From Lama guanicoe (Eukaryota): a stretch of DNA of 64,000 bases. The stretch lies in the NCBI GenBank assembly GCA_013239625.1, contig MU056277.1, forward strand, positions 2,086,076 through 2,150,075, given 5' to 3'. Below the pieces are notes generated by a model. That model had not been told where the DNA came from and did no database searches. It worked only from the letters and a program-made list of their open reading frames with translations. This document shows, piece by piece, positions 58,701 through 64,000 of this stretch. Position numbers and translations under genes: made by a program. The first letter of the stretch is position 1; each line of letters begins with the position of its first letter.

Positions 58701-61700
58701 CTGCCAGAAGTCACTTCTCTCTCTTGATCCCGGCCCCTTGGCTCTTCCCCTGCCCCACCCGCGGAGGCTCTGCCTCACACCTACTCAGGCGTCCCACCCA
58801 CTCCCTACCCCCTGCAAATGCCGGGAGAGCGTCTGTCCCCATAGAAGAACTGCGAGGTGTAAACTCAGGACCTGACAGGAAGGCGCTCCCCACGTCCTTC
58901 CCAGGACCAGCGGTCACTCCCGGGTCACTCCCTTCCAGCTGACCTGGACCATGCGCTGTGCCACAACGGCAGCCTGCATCCCCTGTGCCCTCCTGTGCCA
59001 CAGGGTACTCGGAGCACCCCACACTGCCTGGCCCTCTGTGGGGAACCCGAGCCCACAGTGCCCGGCCCTCCGTAGGGACCTCTCCCTGAGTCCACACTGC
59101 CCGGTCCTCTGCAGGGACCCCGAGCCCACACTGCCCGGCCCTCCGCGGGGACCTCTCCCTGAGCCCATGCTCCCTCCCGCTCTCCCGAGCCCCTGCCTCC
59201 CACTGCCCTGTGTGGAGCACGGGCACTGCTGATGTTGTCCCATGTGTCTGAGACCCGGCTGTGCTCTGAGGCCCCAGCACAGGCACACCCTTGGCTCTGT
59301 TTTCTGTGTGTGAAAACGGGAAGCTTGGTCAGGGGAGGTTGGAAGGTGATCCTCAGCCGTAAAACCTGTGCCCTCTGGGAGCCCAGACGTGACAGCAGAG
59401 CAGTCCCCGAGCTATCACTGCAGACGCACCATGTGCAGGAGGTGGTGCCACACGTGGTGGCTCTCCGGGTGCCTGGGCAGGTCTTCTCAGGGGAGGAGGC
59501 AGGAGGGCTGGGACGAGGGTGGGAGGACTTGGAGCTGGGGCCTGGGGCACAGGGAGGCCTGGAGTCGGGGCTCCTGGGAGTGCGTGGCAGGCCAGGAAGC
59601 TGCCCCTGCAGCTGTGAAAGCGGGTGCCCTGTCCACAGGCATGTGATGAACGAGCTGCTGGACACGGAACGGGTCTACGTGGAGGAGCTGCTGTGCGTCC
59701 TGGAGGTGAGTGCGCTGGGGGCCCGGCCCACCCTGTGTGGCCTCACGTCACCCTGGGACAGTGTGTGCAGTGTTTGCAGCTGCACGAAGCAACGCCTGAC
59801 CCTTAGGGCACAGATACAGACTGGGGGCCGGACAGGAGTGCGTGCGGCTCCCTGGGTGGGGGCCCTGGACAAGCAGAGCTGGCCCTGAGGCAGGGGGCTG
59901 ACGCCTGGGAGGGACAGAGGGGCTTCCAGGTGCTGGAATGTTCTGTCCGGTGACCCGGGTGGTGGACGCAGGCATGCAGACAGAAATAATCCATCAAGGT
60001 GCGCATCCAGTACTTGTCCCCTTCGTAGAAATTGTGCCTGAATTAAAAGTTTAGAGGGGAGTCAGAGGGAGCCCCCACAAGGTAAAACCGGTGCTGCTCG
60101 TAGCTCACTCGTGTTTCGTGGTGCTTCTCCGGAGAGTCACCTCAGGTGATCAGTGGGTGAATTCGAGGGGATCAGCCTCCCAAAACCGGAGGCAGCATCA
60201 CTGCCCCCCCTGGCGGCCACGTGGAACCCACACTGCCAGGCCAGCTGCCGGGGCTGTGGTCCAACAGCCGGTGGTCTGTCCGCTGCAGCCCAGGATCCCC
60301 GCTGACCGCGTCCTCTCCCGCAGGGCTACGCCGCCGAGATGGAGAACCCTCTAATGACGCACCTCATCTCGACCGGCCTTCATAACAAGAAGGACATTCT
60401 CTTTGGAAACATGGAAGAAATCTACCACTTTCATAACAGGTGGGGACTCCTTCCGGTCACCCACGGCTCTGCCTGCAGGAAGCCGATGCACAAACGGGCC
60501 GGCCCTACTTTGCGGGAGGGGGTGGGGTCGGGACTGGCCCTCCTCCCTCTCGGGGGTAAGCAGACCAGGAAGCTGGTGGCAGACCCCTCCCAGCGCCACG
60601 GGGCAAGAGAGCACGGCGGCTGTGGGACCCGACCCACCCTCCTCTGGACTCCAGGAGGCTCTGGGGCGTCTGTCCAACCACAGGCTTTTGCTTCCGGTCA
60701 TCAGCCTCCCTCACGCACCTGCTTGTAAAGGAGGCGGCAGGTCTGCAGCTGGACCCCAGCCTGGAGTCCACCCCTAGGAACTGGGACGAGCGGGTGGCAG
60801 GTGCCCAGCATCCTGGGCCCTGGTCTGGAGTCTCGGCCCATCCTCGGTGCTGGGCCCCTGGCAGCCTTAGGGGGCAGTGCTAGCATCATGAACTGAGCCC
60901 AGGGAGCTCCTCTCCCAACAGACGAAGGTCAGAAGCAGGAAAATTCGGTCCACAGGCCCAGGGCAGTGCTGCGTGGAGGAGGGTCTGAGGGCAGAGCCAA
61001 GGCCCTGATACCTCTGCAGAAAACCCACTGGGCACACGGGATGCGAGGGCTGGGCTCTCAGGGCCTCAAGACCCTCTGGCTGTCTGCTGTGGCATCCCGT
61101 GGCTTCTGCGTGACCGCCAACACCAGAGACATGGCGCAGCCACACGGGGCCCGGCCTGTGCAGAGTCAGGGCACGTGCCTGGAAAATAGCACCTAATAAC
61201 TTGCTGCAGACGCCGCCTGACTCTGGGTGCTGTGCACGAGACCTAACGCAAGCTTTCTTTGTCTAGAATATTCCTGAGGGAGCTGGAGAACTACAAAGAC
61301 TCCCCCGAGCTGGTGGGGAGGTGCTTTCTGGAAAGGGTATGTTCCTCTCAGCTGCAGGCTTGGCAGCGTCTTGCTGCTTAAAATTACTGCTTAGAGCAAT
61401 AGTGACTTTAAATTCTATCACAGTCGTTCTCTAACCCACCGAAATCATGCGTACAGATGTTTCCAGTTTGGCTGAGGTGACCTGATGCTTTTGGGAGGGC
61501 CGGAAAAGCAGAGTTTTATCAAAAACCCAATCACTGGTTCAAAAAAGAGGAAAGCTATAAAATGGCACCCTTGAGAGATGCCGGAACTATAAAGTGTCCG
61601 GGTGCTGACGGCAGGTGTCGGGTGAAGCTGACTTCCCTGCAGGCTGGTGTGGGTTTCGTGCTGGTCCCGCCCGTGTCTGGCCGACACTGGACAGCCACTG

Positions 61701-63446
61701 GCGCTCTCAAGTAGTAGGTGTGGGCACGGTCTTGTGTCCCTGTGAGCCTGTGCCCCGCTCAGACTGGCCGTCAGGAATGATCCGCCCCCTCCCCCGCGCG
61801 CCCCCAGCCCTGATGCTGTTCGAGACTTGCCGGGTCGTCACACTGTAGCTCAGTGGTTCTAAGTGGCCCGTTCCCACAGCATCAGCACCTCCTGGGAGGC
61901 TGGGAGCGGTGCAGGTTTTCAGGTCACAGCCTGGACCTGCTGAGCAGGGCCTCCGGTGTGGGCAGCGGCCAGTGTTTATGGGGGGTTGTTAGGCCCACCA
62001 GCGTTATGATGCACGAAGTGTGAGCTGAGCCCGGCAGAGTCTTTCTTTACAAAGTCAGTGTTGGTCCTGCGTTTATCCCTGAGGCACAGCCCAGCCATGT
62101 GGAGCTGGTCTTTGTGAAAGAGGGACCAGGACGAGGGCAGCCCTGAGATGTGAACTTCCGGGCGGGGTGCGTCTGAGATGGGGGCTGACCCTGACTCAGG
62201 GAGAGGCCAGGCTGGGCCCAGAGGCAGAGACGCGGGGTGGGGGCATCGGAGGGGCTGACTGGGAAGGGCGGAGACCTGCACAGACACGGGGGCACCCCGT
62301 GATGCAGCCCGCATCCCGGTGCAGATGGAGGAATTCCAGGTCTACGAGAAGTACTGCCAGAACAAGCCGCGCTCCGAGAGCCTGTGGAGGCAGTGCGCCG
62401 ACTGCCCGTTCTTCCAGGTGTGTTTCCTGCCCCTGAGCGCGGGCCTGCCTTTGCTGGTTGACTCCCTAACAAGGAACGGCGGGAACTGTCTAAACCCGAG
62501 CTTGGTGGTTGCAGGAATGTCAGAGGAAGCTGGACCATAAGCTAAGCCTGGACTCCTACCTGCTGAAGCCCGTCCAGAGGATCACCAAGTACCAGCTGCT
62601 GCTCAAGGTGAGACGCCGGAGCCCCCGGGGCCCCTCCCCCTCCAGCCTGGCCAGGTGCCCCCCGCAGCCCCCCTCCAGCTGGCCGCCCGCCCAGCACCAC
62701 CCAGTGGCAGCTGCCCCAGCCAGTCCCTGAGCTCCGCGATGTCTGCGAGGCCCTGGCTCTTCACACTCCTTTGTGGGGTGTCACCGTTAGGGGCCAGGAA
62801 CACAGCGGGACACAGGCAGGCCGGCCCTGCCCCACGAGCACATGCAGGGCCGCCTGCGTCCCACTGCCCTAGGGGCCCAGCGTGGGCAGCTCCCCAAGGC
62901 CCAAGTGAGAATGGGGTGTCGTGTCTGGAGGGAAGGAGTAATGGATCGGAACTAGGAGGTGGGTGCTCGTCCAGACCAGGTGCTGCAAGGGGACAGCGGA
63001 GGTCAGCCAATGACCTGCTCAGGGGACATTCACGATTTGCAGCCTCCACGCAGGCTGCTGGGAAGGGTGTGGGGCCGCAGGGATGGAGAGGGCGGCTTCC
63101 TGAGCTGCTCCAAGGCGAGGCCAGTGGGCCAGGCAGGCCCCCCATTTGGGGAGCATGTGTGTGGTCCCATCCCTGGCGGTGACAGCTGCACAGGGAACCA
63201 CACACATGTCCCAAGGATCCGGGCTCGGGGCCACTCAGGGCTGTGCTTGTAAGACAGAGCACGGGCCACTCATGGAGCGGTGGGGCTCAGTGTCCAGATG
63301 GGCTGTTGAACCTCCCGCAGGAAATGCTGAAATACAGCAAGAACTGCGAGGGGGCCGAGGACCTGCAGGAGGCGCTGAGCTCCATCCTGGGCATCCTCAA
63401 GGCGGTGAACGACTCCATGCACTTGATCGCCATCACTGGCTACGAG
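10565..63446 (+). CDS. MCF2L: MCF2L (Dbs/Ost) Rho guanine nucleotide exchange factor, multi-exon and 3'-partial: Sec14, spectrin repeats, DH; PH/SH3 exons lie past the window end
   Basis: Twenty GT-AG exons from 29817 to 63446 join in frame with matching phases (2297 nt; 2370 nt with first exon B, 2394 nt with first exon A, both divisible by 3). The translation includes recognisable MCF2L peptides DEIMHQDI..., [33 protein letters not shown] and the DH motifs [13 protein letters not shown] and [21 protein letters not shown]. Confidence 0.98.
13078..13175 (-). mobile_element. MIR fragment
   Basis: attctcataacaacctgagg...catcaccccactttgcagacgag is an antisense MIR core. Confidence 0.5.
19900..20720 (+). 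promoter_or_regulatory. CpG island and promoter for first exon B (approximate bounds)
   Basis: Very high CpG density on both sides of exon 20367-20439, with G-runs downstream of its donor. Confidence 0.7.
20367..20439 (+). CDS. MCF2L: Alternative first coding exon B: [24 protein letters not shown](D)
   Basis: ATG in AGCATGA context, 24 codons plus G, donor CAG|GTGCGC, phase 1. Resembles the human MCF2L isoform N-terminus MTVRRLSLLCRDLWALWLLLK as recalled. Lies inside a CpG island. Confidence 0.88.
23818..23955 (+). mobile_element. MIR SINE relic
   Basis: tgtggcctcaggcaggttactcggcctctctgtgccgtagtttgctcttc...aatggaataat...gttgtga...gttaatacataaagc is the MIR core and 3' part. Confidence 0.7.
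27585..27715 (-). mobile_element. L2 LINE fragment
   Basis: gggaagagcgtc...cagcctgtgcaaaggccctgaggtgg is a characteristic L2 motif. Confidence 0.55.
29817..29900 (+). CDS. MCF2L: Common exon (D)[27 protein letters not shown](G)
   Basis: Acceptor ctctccccacag|AT, donor CTG|gtgagt; 84 nt, phase 1-1. Confidence 0.97.
32372..32486 (+). CDS. MCF2L: Exon [38 protein letters not shown](S), Sec14 domain
   Basis: Acceptor tctctccccag|GC, donor CAG|gtgcgt; 115 nt. Confidence 0.97.
35474..35487 (-). promoter_or_regulatory. CTCF core motif
   Basis: The minus strand reads CCACCAGGTGGCAG, a full match to the CCASYAGRKGGCRS consensus. Confidence 0.55.
36471..36860 (-). mobile_element. L1 3'-end relic (L1MB-like), antisense
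   Basis: Motifs aagtgtgcagttcagtgg, ctgaaactctgt, ctactttccgtctctgaat and tcaaggtccatccgtgttgtagc follow the recalled L1MB 3' consensus in order. Confidence 0.75.
37247..37372 (+). mobile_element. Second Vic-1-like SINE, strongly GC-shifted
   Basis: GGGGAGGGGACCGCTCAGCGGTGGAGCGCACGCTCAGCACACGCGAGGCCCTGGGCTCGCTCCTCAGCCCCTCCTCTAAAAAA... is collinear with the copy at 4441-4540. Confidence 0.8.
39085..39258 (+). mobile_element. MIR SINE relic
   Basis: agctatgtgactctgggcaaatgacttaacctctctgtgcc is the MIR core. Confidence 0.7.
40897..40987 (+). CDS. MCF2L: Exon (S)[30 protein letters not shown], Sec14 domain
   Basis: Branch-like ctaac at 40871, acceptor tttcag|C, donor GCG|gtaagt; 91 nt. Confidence 0.97.
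41215..41345. repeat. Degenerate (TG/CA)n alternating purine-pyrimidine tract
   Basis: acacgtgtatgtgtgcgcacacacatgcgcatgtgggtatgtgcacgtgtgtgtatac...gtgtgtgtgcacacatgc. Confidence 0.8.
43350..43425 (-). mobile_element. L2 3'-end fragment
   Basis: attcagcacatttgttgaggccctactgtgtgcc resembles the antisense L2 tail attcaacaaatatttattgagcacctactatgtgcc. Confidence 0.55.
43615..43991. repeat. 40-bp VNTR (ggggacagagctgccacctcgtccNNNNgcaggggagctg), 9 full copies plus a partial
   Basis: Units are essentially identical apart from one 4-nt variable cassette. Confidence 0.97.
47836..48204 (-). mobile_element. MaLR solo LTR (MLT1B/C-like)
   Basis: Begins tgtcttagcttcctgggctgcc and ends attccaccgtaaca (TG...CA ends). 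Internal ctctcacag, tccgagatccaggtgtggcagg, cataagga and gaagaccct motifs are in MLT1 order. Confidence 0.75.
48467..48586 (+). CDS. MCF2L: Exon [40 protein letters not shown], Sec14 domain
   Basis: Acceptor tttcccgcag|GCG, donor CCG|gtaagt; 120 nt. Confidence 0.97.
50498..50614 (+). CDS. MCF2L: Exon [39 protein letters not shown], end of Sec14 domain
   Basis: Acceptor ctccctcag|GTC, donor ACA|gtgagt; 117 nt. Contains the Sec14-type LxxxLGG motif. Confidence 0.97.
51026..51175 (+). CDS. MCF2L: Exon [50 protein letters not shown]
   Basis: Acceptor cctccccccgag|GCC (GAG type), donor AAG|gtgcgc; 150 nt. Confidence 0.95.
51973..52097 (+). CDS. MCF2L: Exon [41 protein letters not shown](R)
   Basis: Acceptor ttcctgcag|GAG, donor GAG|gtgggt; 125 nt. 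Confidence 0.96.
52483..52597 (+). CDS. MCF2L: Exon (R)[38 protein letters not shown], spectrin-like region
   Basis: Acceptor ctctcccag|G, donor GAG|gtgagt; 115 nt. Confidence 0.97.
53431..55480 (-). mobile_element. Approximately 2-kb degenerate L1M (L1MC/MD class) fragment: 3' UTR plus ORF2 C-terminal part
   Basis: Minus-strand ORF remnants [15 protein letters not shown] and [11 protein letters not shown] resemble L1 ORF2 KFIWxxKxPRIAKT and IFANHISDKG. L1 3' UTR motifs cccagttcccccaatgg and aatggaatcacacagc are present. Confidence 0.85.
55581..55700 (+). CDS. MCF2L: Exon [40 protein letters not shown], spectrin repeat
   Basis: Acceptor gtctcag|GTC, donor AGC|gtaagg; 120 nt. Confidence 0.96.
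55902..56093 (+). CDS. MCF2L: Exon [34 protein letters not shown]...LHGLLEA, spectrin repeat
   Basis: Acceptor ccgcag|GTG, donor GCG|gtaggc; 192 nt. Confidence 0.96.
56510..56701 (+). CDS. MCF2L: Exon [40 protein letters not shown]...ILTPELR
   Basis: Acceptor tttccctccag|TCC, donor AGG|gtaggg; 192 nt. Confidence 0.96.
57147..57306 (+). CDS. MCF2L: Exon [53 protein letters not shown](G)
   Basis: Acceptor gtccccag|GAG, donor CAG|gtacct; 160 nt. Confidence 0.96.
57971..58044 (+). CDS. MCF2L: Exon (G)[24 protein letters not shown], linker
   Basis: Acceptor tccaaaccag|GC, donor AAG|gtgagg; 74 nt. Confidence 0.95.
58223..58299 (+). CDS. MCF2L: Exon [25 protein letters not shown](R), linker into DH
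   Basis: Acceptor tctccccag|AGC, donor GAG|gtgggt; 77 nt. Confidence 0.95.
59018..59163. repeat. Dimeric minisatellite: alternating 34- and 39-bp related units (73-bp period, two copies)
   Basis: cccacactgcctggccctctgtggggaacccgag followed by cccacagtgcccggccctccgtagggacctctccctgag, then a diverged second copy of both. Confidence 0.85.
59639..59705 (+). CDS. MCF2L: Exon (R)[24 protein letters not shown] domain CR1
   Basis: Acceptor gtccacag|G, donor GAG|gtgagt; 67 nt. Confidence 0.97.
60324..60439 (+). CDS. MCF2L: Exon [38 protein letters not shown](R), DH domain CR2
   Basis: Acceptor ctcccgcag|GGC, donor CAG|gtgggg; 116 nt. Confidence 0.97.
61267..61336 (+). CDS. MCF2L: Exon (R)[25 protein letters not shown] domain
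   Basis: Branch-like ctaac upstream, acceptor tttgtctag|A, donor AGG|gtatgt; 70 nt. Not covered by the ORF track. Confidence 0.96.
61851..61978. mobile_element. MER5A-like relic
   Basis: cagtggttctaagtgg...cagcatcagcacctcctggga...ggacctgctgagcag follows the MER5A terminus. Confidence 0.65.
62325..62417 (+). CDS. MCF2L: Exon [33 protein letters not shown] domain
   Basis: Acceptor ggtgcag|ATG, donor CAG|gtgtgt; 93 nt. Confidence 0.97.
62515..62607 (+). CDS. MCF2L: Exon [33 protein letters not shown] domain CR3
   Basis: Acceptor gttgcag|GAA, donor AAG|gtgaga; 93 nt. Contains the canonical DH signature KPVQRITKY. Confidence 0.98.
63321..63446 (+). CDS. MCF2L: Exon [42 protein letters not shown], end of DH domain
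   Basis: Acceptor ctcccgcag|GAA, donor GAG|gtgagg; 126 nt. Confidence 0.97.
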
Positions 63447-63799
63447 GTGAGGGCCAGCGGCGCCCATGAGCCTGGGCATGCCGTCTGAGCAGGGTGGGCG
63501 GAGGCCACCCCGTCACCGGTGCAGGCTGTGCACCCGCACCACCCAGAATCCCACCGCCACCTGACTCTGACTGCCCAGCCGGCTGCAGGCAGCTTCCCCC
63601 CGGTGGGTGCGTCCCTGCACGGACAGCCCTGAGGACCCTGCATTCCTGGCCTGTCCCTGAATCCGTTCTCTCTGGCGCCGCTTGTGAGCGTGGAAGTCGG
63701 GTTTCTCCCTCATCCTGTGCGTGCCCACGTCAGGCGCACGCATGGGGCCTTTCTGAGTCCACCCAGCGTGCGTCCTCAGTTTGTTTGGTCTTTCTGTCA

Positions 63800-64000
63800 G
63801 TGGGCATTGTTTCTGGAGCCGTTTTAGGTTCACAGCAGAACTGAGGCGAAAGTACAGGGCTTTCCCGTTGACCGCCGCTCCCACACGCACAGCTGGCCCC
63901 ACGGCCCCTGCCCCACACGCGCCGGGCCTCGGCCACCGTCCACAACACGGCATGAAGGGTCCACAGCGCACGCAGGGTCACTCTGCATTGTGTGTTCTGT
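63800..64000 (-). mobile_element. L1MC-like 3'-end relic running off the window edge
   Basis: gttttaggttcacagcagaactgaggcgaaagtacag...agggtcactct matches the recalled L1MC 3' terminus. Confidence 0.7.

Noticed and set aside
1-64000. Hundreds of 60-386 aa ORFs on both strands, such as 32471-33631, 31285-32301 and 55185-56243
   Set aside because: They are Pro/Gly/Arg/Ala-rich, overlap in all frames and show no domain motifs. This is expected from stop-codon scarcity in GC-rich DNA or from the antisense of real exons. Only the segments matching MCF2L exons or L1 ORF2 relics are meaningful.

Overview
This is GC-rich mammalian genomic DNA, not a prokaryotic accessory region. It carries the 5' and central part of MCF2L (Dbs/Ost, a Dbl-family Rho GEF) on the + strand. 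I traced 20 consecutive GT-AG coding exons (29817-63446, 2297 nt) that splice into one open frame encoding Sec14/CRAL-TRIO, spectrin-like repeats, a linker and the DH domain. The PH and SH3 exons and the stop codon lie beyond the right edge. Two phase-compatible alternative first coding exons lie upstream, at 10565-10661 and 20367-20439. Introns hold two tRNA-derived Vic-1-like SINEs (suggesting a camelid), old L1M, L2, MIR, MER5 and MLT1 relics, and several minisatellites. Almost all of the supplied ORF track is spurious GC-rich open frame. I see no evidence of a wholly new biological system. The best leads are candidate alternative exons (a 21/26-nt microexon, a 45-nt in-frame cassette, a poison exon and an intronic polyA exon), a GAG acceptor on a constitutive exon, a duplicated donor, a 40-bp VNTR with near-CTCF motifs, and strong AT-to-GC drift in repeats. 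Family names for genes and repeats come from recalled consensus sequences, not from a database search.
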